A DNA stretch of 64,000 nt from Armatimonadota bacterium (GTDB lineage: Bacteria; Armatimonadota; UBA5829; DTLH01). Positions 31,353 through 43,541 of the stretch are shown piece after piece; position 1 is the stretch's first letter, and the number at the start of each line of letters is the position of its first letter. The position numbers were made by a program, and so were the translations under genes. Location of the stretch: assembly GCA_039680575.1 (NCBI GenBank), contig JBDKSP010000020.1, positions 1-64,000 on the forward strand, given 5' to 3'. The notes beneath the pieces were generated by a model. That model was not told the origin of the DNA. It ran no database searches and worked only from the letters and a program-made list of their open reading frames with translations.

Positions 31353-31826
31353 CTATTGTGCCAGCGGTACAGCTCCGGCAAGGTCGTAGTTTACCACCGC
31401 GTCCATCTTGTTCTCCAGCTGATAGAACCGCAGGGTTTTTTTGGCTCCTATTGCGCTTTCAAACTTGGGCGCGTACTTGGTTTGCAGTTTGATCCGCCGA
31501 GCTTGAATGTCTTGGAACTCACTGAGCAGTGTTCGCGCCTGATCGTCCGTCATATTGTCGTAGCTCTTCGCAAAGCTCTGTCCGGCCTTTAGCAGCCTGT
31601 CGTTCAGTTTGGACATGTCACTGCGGTAGCTATTATATACAGGCCAGAATTTGTTTGCTTCCTGGTCATCCAGATTCATGTAATCGGAGACAATCTGCTG
31701 TCTCTCGGCCTGTATGTTTGTTTTGGTAAGCTCGATCTCATTTGCAGTCTGCGCCCAGGCCAGGACAATGGCCAGTGCCACCAAAATGGATGCTCCGATG
31801 ATTGTTAATACTGTTTTTCTATACAT
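31353..31826 (-). CDS. secreted helical hypothetical protein
   Basis: Signal peptide; KFWPVY motif. Confidence 0.7.
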   Translation of the reverse strand: MYRKTVLTIIGASILVALAIVLAWAQTANEIELTKTNIQAERQQIVSDYMNLDDQEANKFWPVYNSYRSDMSKLNDRLLKAGQSFAKSYDNMTDDQARTLLSEFQDIQARRIKLQTKYAPKFESAIGAKKTLRFYQLENKMDAVVNYDLAGAVPLAQ

Positions 31827-31883
31827 CGTTTGATTCCTTTCCGGTTTTATCGATCGCTGATGACGTTATTTTTTTTCTATTCT

Positions 31884-33398
31884 CTATGCGGAAGCTCCCA
31901 CCATAGCAGCTTCCATAGACTTCGAATGGCTCTCGAGGTTTTCCAGAACATCGCCTACAGTAAAGCTGGCAGGCCTTTGCCTCGGTGGGAAGTCCTTGAG
32001 AGTCTCCATGAACTGCTGCACTAATGTCTGCGCCGGGACTATAACAAACATGCGGTCCGCCATCCATTTGCCATAGAACAGAGACCCGTTTTCTTGTCCT
32101 CTTTCAAAAGGATCGCTTCGCAGGTTGAATAGATACGGAGCCCTGAGCTTCACCATCGGTTCAGACCAGACACCCATTCCTTTAACCCGCTGCTCAAGGA
32201 AAGTAATCTTCCAGTTTTCTGCCCGTACTGCCATCAGATCGCCGTCATCGCTCCAGTACAAAAAGCCCTTGCGCGGGTTTTCCTTTTCCTGCCCGGATAA
32301 ATGCGGAAGAAGGTTGTAACCGTCTATATGCACCTTAAATGTCTTGTCATGAGCTCGATACCCATTCTTGAGGTCCTTCACGATATTCGGTTCCCCAGCG
32401 GCTGCGAGGAGTGTCGGCAGCATATCGGTGTGGGAGAAGATCTCATTCGATACTGTTCCGGGCTCGATCACTCCAGGCCAGCGGATAGCGCAGGGGACTC
32501 TCCAGCCGCCCTCGTAGTTGGTGTCCTTTTCGCCTTTGAACGGGGTACTTCCCCCGTCAGGCCAGCTCATTACCTCGGCGCCGTTATCGGTCGAATACAT
32601 TACGATCGTGTTATCTGCGATACCGAGTTCATCGAGCTTATCCAGCAGTTGTCCAACATGGCCGTCATGCTCCACCATTCCGTCAGGATATACTCCCAGG
32701 CCGGTCTTTCCTTCAGCTTCCGGCCGGAGGTGCGTCCAGACATGCATCCTGGTCGAGTTCCACCACAGGAAGAACGGCTTCTCTTCCTGAGTTGCCCTGT
32801 CCATGAAAGATAGAGCCGCATCCGTGATCTCGTAATCGATGGTCTCCATGCGCTTTTTTGTGAGCGGGCCGGTGTCTTCAATCCTCTGCGTCCCGTCCGG
32901 CATCGCCCAACTGTGCAAAACGCCCCTCGGCCCGAATTTCTCCTTGAACTTGGGGTCCTTCGGATAGTCCGGGTTCTCCGGTTCTTCTTCGGCGTTCATG
33001 TGATACAGGTTCCCGAAGAACTCATCGAAGCCATGAACAGTGGGCAGGAAATTGTCGCTGTCACCAAGGTGGTTCTTGCCGAACTGCCCGCAAACGTATC
33101 CAAGCGGAGTGAGGAGATCGGCGATTGTCGGGTCTTCCGGCTGCAGGCCGATGGGCGAACCGGGCAATCCGACTTTAGTGAGCCCGGTCCTAATCGGTGA
33201 TTGGCCAGTGATGAATGCGGCGCGTCCGGCGGTGCAGCTCTGCTGTCCGTACCAGTCGGTAAATATCGCACCTTCTTTGCAGATGCGGTCGATGTTGGGC
33301 GTTTTGTAGCCCATAATGCCCATGTTGTAGGCGCTGACATTGAACCAGCCGATGTCATCGCCCCAGATGATGAGAATGTTAGGTTGTTTATCTGCCAC
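31884..33398 (-). CDS. arylsulfatase (Cys-type)
   Basis: GDDIG, SCTAGRAAFITG signature, GKNHLG, TDNG. Confidence 0.95.
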   Translation of the reverse strand: MADKQPNILIIWGDDIGWFNVSAYNMGIMGYKTPNIDRICKEGAIFTDWYGQQSCTAGRAAFITGQSPIRTGLTKVGLPGSPIGLQPEDPTIADLLTPLGYVCGQFGKNHLGDSDNFLPTVHGFDEFFGNLYHMNAEEEPENPDYPKDPKFKEKFGPRGVLHSWAMPDGTQRIEDTGPLTKKRMETIDYEITDAALSFMDRATQEEKPFFLWWNSTRMHVWTHLRPEAEGKTGLGVYPDGMVEHDGHVGQLLDKLDELGIADNTIVMYSTDNGAEVMSWPDGGSTPFKGEKDTNYEGGWRVPCAIRWPGVIEPGTVSNEIFSHTDMLPTLLAAAGEPNIVKDLKNGYRAHDKTFKVHIDGYNLLPHLSGQEKENPRKGFLYWSDDGDLMAVRAENWKITFLEQRVKGMGVWSEPMVKLRAPYLFNLRSDPFERGQENGSLFYGKWMADRMFVIVPAQTLVQQFMETLKDFPPRQRPASFTVGDVLENLESHSKSMEAAMVGASA

Positions 33399-33399
33399 T

Positions 33400-34413
33400 T
33401 TATTTGCCCCTTTCTTTTTTTATTTCGAATGGATAGATCACTTTCCAGTCCCTTTGCATGTCGATAACTGTCCAGCCGTTTTCTCTTGCGGCTTTAAGTG
33501 CTTCCTCCGTACCCTTGTCGTAGGCATATTCACGATTAGCGTCAGTGTGATGGATGAGAAGCATCTCTCTGATACCGCTGCCGCCAGCGGTATACTGGAG
33601 CATCTGCAGGTCTCCGTCAGAGTTACCGACTGCCATTACCGGGCGGCGTCCGATAAACTTGTGTATTCCGACAGGTTTCCCTGCTTTGTCGTCTATAAAG
33701 TCTACCTTTGGTAATATCTTCAAAAAGGGTTTTCTGTTCTGCATCTCGTACTCGGTTACAAGGCTTGAGCCCACTACCTGTTCAGGAGGGATACTGTAAA
33801 CATTTTCGACCCAGGGACGCATAAAGTCGGATGTCCCGCCCGAAACGATGAATGTCTTGAAGCCATTAGTCCGAAGATAAATCAAAAGCTCAAGCATAGG
33901 CTGGTAGACGAGATCAGTGTATGGCCGCTGGAACCGTGGGTGCCTTGCAGTTGCGATCCAGTTGGAAACCGTGTTCTGGAACTCATCAGTAGTCATGCCC
34001 GCGTGCGTGGCCATAATGATCTTGCCGACATCCTGTAGTGTGGCTTTGGCACGATACGTCCTGTCGTTTTCCAGAATTGCTTTGAAGGGCTGCTCGTTTT
34101 TCCACTCAGGGTGCTGAGGCGCAAGCTCTTTTACCCGGTCAATAGCAAATGCAAATTGGAATGGTATTGGCTGTTCGGTCCACAGAGTACCGTCATTGTC
34201 GAATACTGCAATCCGGTCTTCGGGTGGTACGTAATTCGGGCTGCTCTTGTCCGTTACGGTTTTTACGAACTGTATAATGCTCTCTTTTGCTGGATTATCA
34301 GTCCAGGATGGCAAAGGACCCGCGGCATGGCTCACCGCCATGAGTTGTACAATTATGAGAGTCGCTAGAAGGCTGATTAATGCACGGCTTCTATAGCTCT
34401 GTAAATTCCGCAT
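33400..34413 (-). CDS. secreted HAD family hydrolase (acid phosphatase-like)
   Basis: FDNDGTLW, IVSGG, GNSDGD motifs; signal peptide. Confidence 0.9.
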   Translation of the reverse strand: MRNLQSYRSRALISLLATLIIVQLMAVSHAAGPLPSWTDNPAKESIIQFVKTVTDKSSPNYVPPEDRIAVFDNDGTLWTEQPIPFQFAFAIDRVKELAPQHPEWKNEQPFKAILENDRTYRAKATLQDVGKIIMATHAGMTTDEFQNTVSNWIATARHPRFQRPYTDLVYQPMLELLIYLRTNGFKTFIVSGGTSDFMRPWVENVYSIPPEQVVGSSLVTEYEMQNRKPFLKILPKVDFIDDKAGKPVGIHKFIGRRPVMAVGNSDGDLQMLQYTAGGSGIREMLLIHHTDANREYAYDKGTEEALKAARENGWTVIDMQRDWKVIYPFEIKKERGK

Positions 34414-34419
34414 TACCCT

Positions 34420-35730
34420 CTACTCCTTCGCTCCAGAACCGTGACACTTCTTGTACTTAACCCCGCTTCCGCATGGGCAGGGGTCGTTTCTTCCTGCTTT
34501 TGCGAACGCTGCTTTCTGTTTTGCGTCTTCTGCAGCCATTATTTGCATAACACCATCCGCGTAATGGTCTCTCCGCAGGAGTTCCGCCATTATACGCATA
34601 GGCTTTTCCGTGTGCTCGAAGAAAGCTTTTAGCCCCTTACACAAATAGTTGAGGCCGGGTTCCCCATCCGGAGTCTCTAGTATGCGGTTTTTAGGACACT
34701 CACCGTTGCAGGTGAAGAGATACCGGCACTCACGGCAGTATTTGGGCAGTAAGTCCTGCTTTGCCTTGCCGAAATCCCTCTGTTTCTGCGAGCTTACGAG
34801 CTCAGCAAGTGGAGTTTCCATCATATTCCCGAGTAAACCGCGAGGTTCCACGAAGTGGTCACAGGAGTAGAGATCACCGTTATGCTCCAGCGCGACCCCT
34901 TCTCCGCAGGTCGGGCGAAGGACGCAAAGGGTGGAATAACCGCGAAGCCATGAGGCCAGAACACCATCAAAAAACTGGACAAAAGTGCTCCCAACATCCT
35001 TCCTGACCCACTCATCGAAGATTTCGATCAGAAAACGCCCGTATTGTTCCGGTTTAACTGACCTTTCGGTGATTTTTTCGCCTTCCTGATAGCCCGTATC
35101 ATTGTCCCGCTCCACGATAGGGATAAACTGGATGTAGTGGGCGTCCAGTTCGTCGCGGAAGAACCTGTAGACCTCGAGCGGATGCGGGCTGTTGGCTGTG
35201 TTCACCGTGCAAAGGATGTTGAACTCGACCTTGCGCTCCTGCATGAGCCTTACAGCCTCGATCACATTCTCGAAGACGGACTTTCCGGTTTTATCTTTGC
35301 GGTATGTGTCATGAAGTGCTTTCGGACCATCCAGGCTGAGCCCCACGAGGAAGTTGTTATCGCTAAGAAACCTGCACCAGTCATCATCGAGAAGCACGCC
35401 GTTTGTCTGGAGGGTATTTTCTACCTGCATTCCCGGCTTCAGATATTTCTTCTCGGCTTCGACGGACCTTCTGAAGAAATCGAGACCCATAAGAGTCGGT
35501 TCTCCGCCCTGCCATGCGATTGTGACCTGTGGGGTCTGGTGAGCCTTGATTGTCTGGCGGATGTAGCTTTCCATCACCTCATCCGTCATACAGAATCGGC
35601 TTCCGGGATACAGACTCATCTTTTTGAGGAAAAAACAGTAGTCGCAGTGCAGGTTGCAGATTGCGCCGGTCGGTTTCGCCATTACATGGAAGGCTGCCAG
35701 TTTGCGATTTGCCTCCATAACGTACTCCAT
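34420..35730 (-). CDS. anaerobic sulfatase maturase (radical SAM/SPASM) with SEC-C motif
   Basis: CNLHCDYC, WQGGEPTL, YSCDHFV, CRECRYLFTCNGECP, GRNDPCPCGSGVKYKKCH. Confidence 0.95.
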   Translation of the reverse strand: MEYVMEANRKLAAFHVMAKPTGAICNLHCDYCFFLKKMSLYPGSRFCMTDEVMESYIRQTIKAHQTPQVTIAWQGGEPTLMGLDFFRRSVEAEKKYLKPGMQVENTLQTNGVLLDDDWCRFLSDNNFLVGLSLDGPKALHDTYRKDKTGKSVFENVIEAVRLMQERKVEFNILCTVNTANSPHPLEVYRFFRDELDAHYIQFIPIVERDNDTGYQEGEKITERSVKPEQYGRFLIEIFDEWVRKDVGSTFVQFFDGVLASWLRGYSTLCVLRPTCGEGVALEHNGDLYSCDHFVEPRGLLGNMMETPLAELVSSQKQRDFGKAKQDLLPKYCRECRYLFTCNGECPKNRILETPDGEPGLNYLCKGLKAFFEHTEKPMRIMAELLRRDHYADGVMQIMAAEDAKQKAAFAKAGRNDPCPCGSGVKYKKCHGSGAKE

Positions 35731-35880
35731 TTCTTATGATGACCAAGATATTGGAGAGCCTGCATATACCGGTATACTATGCATAATGAGACCCTGGTAA
35801 AAAGAGCATGACCCAGGGTGTCGTATTCCCGTATCCTTATTAGTTGAAACTCGGACGCCTGCGGATGACTGATATACCAA

Positions 35881-35915
35881 AAAGAGCCCTGCCAGGAATA
35901 CCGGCAGGGCTCTTT
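35881..35915. terminator. rho-independent terminator
   Basis: AAAGAGCCCTGCC…GGCAGGGCTCTTT downstream of the cupin gene. Confidence 0.7.
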
Positions 35916-35934
35916 AATACTGATTCCAGACACT

Positions 35935-36327
35935 TTACGAGTGTTCTTCCGCCTCTGCAGCCTCCGCTTCGGCTTTTGTCTTGTGTACAGTCCCATCCGG
36001 GTGGTTCGGCGGGGAATAGACAGTATAGAGCTTCAAATCCTCCGTCTTCGATGTGTTGATTACATTGTGGTATGTTCCCGCAGGGACCACGACTGCGTCG
36101 CCATCGTGCGCGATGTGCTCCTCACTGCCATTGTTCAGAACGAACCTGGCTTCTCCCTTCTCCAGCCGGAAGAACTGGTCGACATTCGGGTGGATTTCGT
36201 TTCCGATCTCTTCGCCTCCCCGCAGGCTCATCACCACGAGCTGAGAATGCTTGCCGGTGAAGAGTACTTTTCGGAAGTAATTATTCTCCAGAGTTTGCTT
36301 CTCAATTGATCCAACAAAACCGGTCAT
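35935..36327 (-). CDS. cupin domain protein
   Basis: GEEIGNEIH…DQFF…G and VPAGTYHNV motifs; AGGAGG RBS before ATG 36327. Confidence 0.88.
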   Translation of the reverse strand: MTGFVGSIEKQTLENNYFRKVLFTGKHSQLVVMSLRGGEEIGNEIHPNVDQFFRLEKGEARFVLNNGSEEHIAHDGDAVVVPAGTYHNVINTSKTEDLKLYTVYSPPNHPDGTVHKTKAEAEAAEAEEHS

Positions 36328-36491
36328 CGTATAGTCCCCTCCTGTTTTTATCGTTTGCATCCGTTACATGCGTTTCGGCGCGTGCTCCTGCAGCTATATT
36401 TCCCGCAATTTAGCAAGAAGACACTCTATATAATAGATTTTCTTAAATTTACTTGCAATTGATGTATAAGATTTCGTATACTTTTACGGGA

Positions 36492-36518
36492 TTAGCACTC
36501 GTTGCTATCGAGTGCCAA
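36492..36518 (+). promoter_or_regulatory. CIRCE element (HrcA operator)
   Basis: TTAGCACTC-N9-GAGTGCCAA upstream of groES. Confidence 0.95.
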
Positions 36519-36555
36519 AGAATTACAATCACAACTACGCAGGAGGTGCTTAATT

Positions 36556-38516
<1,961 letters not shown>

Positions 38517-38552
38517 TAAGCAAACGGCTGTTAAGCTAATTGCATAAAAAAT

Positions 38553-38588
38553 AACGAAGGAGCGGGAAAACATCCCCGCTCCTTTGTT
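38553..38588. terminator. bidirectional terminator
   Basis: AACGAAGGAGCGGG…CCCGCTCCTTTGTT between groEL and mgtA. Confidence 0.75.
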
Positions 38589-38607
38589 GTCTACGGGACC
38601 GAGTAGC

Positions 38608-41130
38608 CTAAAACTTGACCCTTTTATAGAAAGCTCTTTTGGTCAATTCACCACCCGCAACATAGATTATCACGATCAGAACCACAGTCAAAAGGAACGA
38701 TGCCGGCATTACGGTGAATTGGAACAGCCTCCCAAGGGGAGTGAGGGGTAAAACCAGAGTCACGATGACAACAAGCACGGTAGCCATAATAAGGTATCTG
38801 CCTGGCCTGCTCGTATAGAATGTCTTGCGTGTGCGAATGACCAATACTATAACCGAAGCGGAAATAACCGATTCAATAAACCACCCGGTTCTGAATTGAT
38901 TGACCCCGGCATGTAAAACCAGCAGCAGAACACCGAATGTGAAATAGTCGAATACGGAACTCAATGTGCCGAAAACCATCATGAAACTGCGGATGAAATT
39001 TATATCCCAGCGGTGAGGCTCACGGACTATTTCCGGGTCCACACTGTCACTGGCAATCGCCATCTCAGGAAAATCGGTAAGTAAATTGGTCAGTAATATT
39101 TGCGTCGGGAGCAGAGGAAGGAACGGCAGGAACAAAGACGCGCCGGCCATGCTGAACATGTTGCCGAAATTGGCGCTTGTAGCCATAAATACGTATTTAA
39201 GAGTATTGGCGAACGTTACTCGTCCTTCTCGAACTCCATTAGCAAGGACACTGAGGTCCTTCTTTAGCAGGACAATATCAGCCGCGTCTTTGGCGACATC
39301 CACAGCGCTGTCAACCGAGATGCCGACATCCGCTGCGTGCAGAGCAGAGGCATCGTTTATGCCGTCTCCAAGGTATCCGACCACATACCCCGACCGTTTG
39401 AGCGCCAGGATGATCCGCTCTTTCTGGTTGGGTTCAATCTCAGCAAATATCTGCGTATACTTCACCCGGTTGTGCAGGGCTTCGTCGCTGATATGGTGAA
39501 GGTCCGGTCCGGTTATAATGCTGGTACTGGTTAGTCCAATCTGGGAACCGACGGTGGACGCGACCAAACGGTTATCTCCTGTGATGACTTTAAGTGAGAC
39601 TCCAAACCGTTCGAGTTCGCCGATAGTTTCAACTATCCGCGGCTTTATCGGATCAGACAACACGATAAACCCGATGAAGACCATATCGTGCTCATCGTCT
39701 TTGTCGATCACTGTGGTATCGCTGATGCTGCGGTAAGCGAGTCCCAGGACACGAAAACCCTTTGTGCTTAACTCTCGAAAACGAGCATCGATGCGGTTAA
39801 GTGATGACGAAAGATCAGAAGCTGTACCGTCAGGTAGTTCTACGGATGAGCAGACATTGAGGACATTGGAGAAAGCGCCCTTTGTCAGCATAATACGCAG
39901 ACCATCTCGTTCGGCAAGGACACTCAGTCGTTTGCGTATGAAGTCATAGGGTACCTCATCGAGCTTGTGGTATGCGTCGATATCCAGTTGTTTGCTCCGG
40001 CGGATCGCTTCATCTATGGGGTTGACAAAACCGCTTTCGTAAGATGAGTTGATATACGCATATAGCAGCGCTTTCTCGCTGTCTTTGCCATCGATATCTA
40101 TCACTGAATGAAGCTGGACAACGCCTTCCGTAATGGTGCCTGTCTTGTCTGAGCACAGAACGTTCATGCTGCCGAAATTCTCAATGGAGGCCAGCCGTTT
40201 CACTATTACCTGCTGCTGCGCCATCTGCCGGGCTCCATGGGCAAGGTTGACGCTGATTATCGCAGGCAGCAACTGAGGCGTCAGCCCCACAGCAAGCGCA
40301 AGGGAGAAGAGGAACGAGTCGAGCACTGGTCTTGCCAGGTAGATATTGATGGCAAATATGGCTATGACCAGCATGAGCGTGACTTCCAGCAGGAAAAATC
40401 CGAAGCCTCTTACTCCGCGCTCGAATTCAGTCTCCGGCTGCCTCAACCTCAGCTGTTCGGATATGCCCCCGAACTCCGTCTTTTTGCCGGTGCGAACAAC
40501 AAGGGCGGTTGCGCTGCCGCTTACCACATGTGTTCCCATAAAGAGGCTGTTGGTTCGCGTCCCAAGTGGTGTTTCGACCGGCAGGACTCCCGGTGATTTT
40601 TCTACAGGATAAGTTTCTCCCGTCAGTGTTGCTTCGTTAACGAACAGGTCTTTGGATTCTATGATTGCGCAGTCACCGGGAACAGCAGCTCCGGCAATCA
40701 GGATTACCACATCGCCGGGCACTATCTCGTCGATAGGTATTTCCAGTTGGTTGTTGTCTCGAAGCACGGTTGTTTTTATTCGCACCAGGGTCAGGAGTCT
40801 ATCGACGGCGTTCATTGCTCCGCGTTCCTGCAGGAACCCCAAGAGTCCGCTGAACAGGATGATTATCGATATTATAAGCGCGTCCGAAAGGTTGCGTAGA
40901 AACGCAGACAACCCTGCGGCAAAGAGAAGGATGATAATGATCGGGCTCTTGAACTGGGCTAAAAAGAGAGGTATCGAGCTTGATCGCCGCCGGGGCTTAA
41001 GCAGATTGGAACCGTAAAGAGCAAGGCGGTCTTTAGCCTCATCGGATGATAATCCACTCGCACTGGAGTGAAGCCGGTCCATCAGACCGGAAGATGAGAC
41101 ACTCCAGAACTCGAATTTATGCTCATCCAA
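38608..41130 (-). CDS. mgtA: magnesium-translocating P-type ATPase
   Basis: TGET, AVGLTP, CSDKTGT, GDGIND, SANFGNMFS. Confidence 0.9.
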   Translation of the reverse strand: MDEHKFEFWSVSSSGLMDRLHSSASGLSSDEAKDRLALYGSNLLKPRRRSSSIPLFLAQFKSPIIIILLFAAGLSAFLRNLSDALIISIIILFSGLLGFLQERGAMNAVDRLLTLVRIKTTVLRDNNQLEIPIDEIVPGDVVILIAGAAVPGDCAIIESKDLFVNEATLTGETYPVEKSPGVLPVETPLGTRTNSLFMGTHVVSGSATALVVRTGKKTEFGGISEQLRLRQPETEFERGVRGFGFFLLEVTLMLVIAIFAINIYLARPVLDSFLFSLALAVGLTPQLLPAIISVNLAHGARQMAQQQVIVKRLASIENFGSMNVLCSDKTGTITEGVVQLHSVIDIDGKDSEKALLYAYINSSYESGFVNPIDEAIRRSKQLDIDAYHKLDEVPYDFIRKRLSVLAERDGLRIMLTKGAFSNVLNVCSSVELPDGTASDLSSSLNRIDARFRELSTKGFRVLGLAYRSISDTTVIDKDDEHDMVFIGFIVLSDPIKPRIVETIGELERFGVSLKVITGDNRLVASTVGSQIGLTSTSIITGPDLHHISDEALHNRVKYTQIFAEIEPNQKERIILALKRSGYVVGYLGDGINDASALHAADVGISVDSAVDVAKDAADIVLLKKDLSVLANGVREGRVTFANTLKYVFMATSANFGNMFSMAGASLFLPFLPLLPTQILLTNLLTDFPEMAIASDSVDPEIVREPHRWDINFIRSFMMVFGTLSSVFDYFTFGVLLLVLHAGVNQFRTGWFIESVISASVIVLVIRTRKTFYTSRPGRYLIMATVLVVIVTLVLPLTPLGRLFQFTVMPASFLLTVVLIVIIYVAGGELTKRAFYKRVKF

Positions 41131-41181
41131 TCGCTATTACCTTCTTTCCTGATAGCAGCGAGGACACTTACCTGTGGAATG

Positions 41182-42357
41182 CTACTGCATATTGTCGTGC
41201 AGGAGCTGAGCCTCTGCGGATTCGAGTATTCCAAAGACAGGTTCCCGGCGCTCCCTCACGCAGCAGTACGCATAAATGTACATACCTGCTGACCATGCCT
41301 GGTCCGTCGCTCCTTTTGGCTCTCCTGAAACACCATGAAACCACTCGTTGAACTCCCATTCATGCTCGCGTCCCTGGCGATTGGTAAGCGCAAGCCTGTA
41401 TAGAACATCTCTGGCGCGATCAATACGCCCGGCTCTCACCAAAGCTGCCACGTAAAGCCCTCCGACCCAGGACCAGGAGCCCCCGTTGTGATACTGGTCA
41501 GGCAGGTTCAGCTCGTGCTCCGAGCGGTAGTATTCCCGCCATTCCTTATCTCCCGGCTGTATCGGCGGATGTATAGTGCGGATTGGCCGGGGCTCATCCA
41601 ATCGATTGGCTTCAATATAATCAAGAATGGTTAGGGTCTGCTCGCTGTCCGCAAGGCCGAAAGCGACAGCAAAAAGGTTCGCCGCTGTATCGAACCAATC
41701 TCCATGCATTTGCTTCCACGCCCACGGCCGGAAATACCCCCGCTCTTCATCCCAGAAGAACCTGTTTATCTGCTCTCTCACGATATGGGCATCCTTGATA
41801 TTCCCATGAAGCTCAAGTGCAGCGAAGTAGAGAACGTTACTGTAGAGTACATGCCCCCGGTTTGATATAAGGTCCATCCAGTCACTGGCTTCCTGCTGTT
41901 CAATCAAGCCCTCCTCGTGAGCGTCCTGATACTTAAGCCATTCCATTGCTCTTTTTGCGGCCTGATGGAACTCAGGGTGCGGACCTATCAACTGTTCAGC
42001 ATAGACAAGGGTAAGGACGAACCATAAAGAAGCATCTGCAGCCCCAAAAGCGATGAGTTCCGGCCTTGAAGCGATAAATGTATCTACGCAATTCGGAATC
42101 TGGCCGCTCACTGACTGCCTGTCCATCAGCGTATCCATCGTCTTCAGCCATTGCTGCACATAACGCTCTTCTTTTGACGCTAATCCGCCCAAAGAAGATA
42201 TCAGCGCATCCCGGGCATATACCGCGTTGTAGTAGTGTGGAGACGCAAAGTAACCGTTAGGGGTCGAGCACCTGTCGAGGATGATCTTTGCCTGCTCGAA
42301 AGCCTCTTCTATCAGTGATGCAGCCTCTTGGTCAGATTGGTTAGTTCTTCTTGGCAC
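41182..42357 (-). CDS. (alpha/alpha)6 glycoside hydrolase (amylo-alpha-1,6-glucosidase / GH100-like)
   Basis: YARDAL, DASLWF, DWMD, YHNGGSW, FNEWF, QAWSAG. Confidence 0.8.
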   Translation of the reverse strand: MPRRTNQSDQEAASLIEEAFEQAKIILDRCSTPNGYFASPHYYNAVYARDALISSLGGLASKEERYVQQWLKTMDTLMDRQSVSGQIPNCVDTFIASRPELIAFGAADASLWFVLTLVYAEQLIGPHPEFHQAAKRAMEWLKYQDAHEEGLIEQQEASDWMDLISNRGHVLYSNVLYFAALELHGNIKDAHIVREQINRFFWDEERGYFRPWAWKQMHGDWFDTAANLFAVAFGLADSEQTLTILDYIEANRLDEPRPIRTIHPPIQPGDKEWREYYRSEHELNLPDQYHNGGSWSWVGGLYVAALVRAGRIDRARDVLYRLALTNRQGREHEWEFNEWFHGVSGEPKGATDQAWSAGMYIYAYCCVRERREPVFGILESAEAQLLHDNMQ

Positions 42358-43528
42358 CGGTTGTTAACCTCCCAACAGGAGCTGAAACGGAACCTGAAAC
42401 TCGTTCTTTGATCAGCCGGACGATATTCTCCGCGACGAGACGATAATTGAAATTCTTCAGTGCGTGAAGCCGCGCCGCATTGCCCATATTTTGTGCCAGG
42501 TCCGTATCCATCAGCATTTCCAGAGCGTAATCAGCAAGATCGTTCACATCGACACGTAGTGCGATTACCTTTGGCTTATCAAAGCGTACTTCGAACTCTT
42601 TCGCGTAACCCTGCGCAGGTCCCACCTCGCATTCAGTTATGGATGTCCACTTTGCTACTTTGGCAAGATAGCCGGTTTTACCCTGGATCACGGTCTCCTT
42701 GATACCCATCGCGTCCACGCTCAAGACAGGTTTTCCGCAGGCTTGCGCCTCGACATGGGGCATGCCAAAACCTTCCTGACGGCTTGGTCCCGCGTATATA
42801 TCGCATGCGTTGTAAAGATACGGCATATAGTCCCGCGAGAGTACGCCATCCACATATTTGACCTTGTCCCGAATACCCAGCTCTTCTGCAAGAGACAGAT
42901 CCAGTGTATTCTGGCGTTCCGTGCGCCCCTGCTTCCAGACCTTGCACACATATCGCCAGTTTGGATATATCTTGTTTATCTTTGCAAGCGCCAGCATAAC
43001 TTCGCGGCTGCCTTTGCTGGCTCCATCGCCGCCGATTGTGAGGATCAATTTTTCATCGTCAGCTACACCCAGTGACTCACGGATCGAGTGTACCTTGGGA
43101 TGGTCCTTGGGGATCGGTCTGAACGATTCTGTGTCGCAGCCAATTGGCTGGACTACCAGCCGGTCAGCATTTATCCCGTCCCGTTCATAGATCTCCTTGA
43201 CCCAGCTGCTGGTTGCAAGAATCAGCTTGAGTGAGTTCAACTCACGATGATAGTTTGCAACCCAGCCATCAGCCACGAGCCAGGGAATGGGTTCGACCCC
43301 AAATTTGAGAGGATGGATTACCAACTCCGGGAGTTGGCCCCAGAAGCCTACACCTATGGCCACATCCGGCCGGAAGCATTTATACATCCATTCCTTTTCC
43401 AGCCCACCTTCGATGTGGACCGGAGCGCATTCTACACCGATTTCTTTGAGCCCTCTATATAATAGGGCTCCCTGCGTTGCCAGACCGGCCGGTGGAGCCG
43501 GGTGTTCATATATCATTAGTATTCGCAA
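42341..43528 (-). CDS. GT4 family glycosyltransferase
   Basis: PSRQEGFGMPHVEAQACGKPV motif. Confidence 0.9.
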   Translation of the reverse strand: MRILMIYEHPAPPAGLATQGALLYRGLKEIGVECAPVHIEGGLEKEWMYKCFRPDVAIGVGFWGQLPELVIHPLKFGVEPIPWLVADGWVANYHRELNSLKLILATSSWVKEIYERDGINADRLVVQPIGCDTESFRPIPKDHPKVHSIRESLGVADDEKLILTIGGDGASKGSREVMLALAKINKIYPNWRYVCKVWKQGRTERQNTLDLSLAEELGIRDKVKYVDGVLSRDYMPYLYNACDIYAGPSRQEGFGMPHVEAQACGKPVLSVDAMGIKETVIQGKTGYLAKVAKWTSITECEVGPAQGYAKEFEVRFDKPKVIALRVDVNDLADYALEMLMDTDLAQNMGNAARLHALKNFNYRLVAENIVRLIKERVSGSVSAPVGRLTTGAKKN

Positions 43529-43541
43529 TGTCCTTCTCCCG

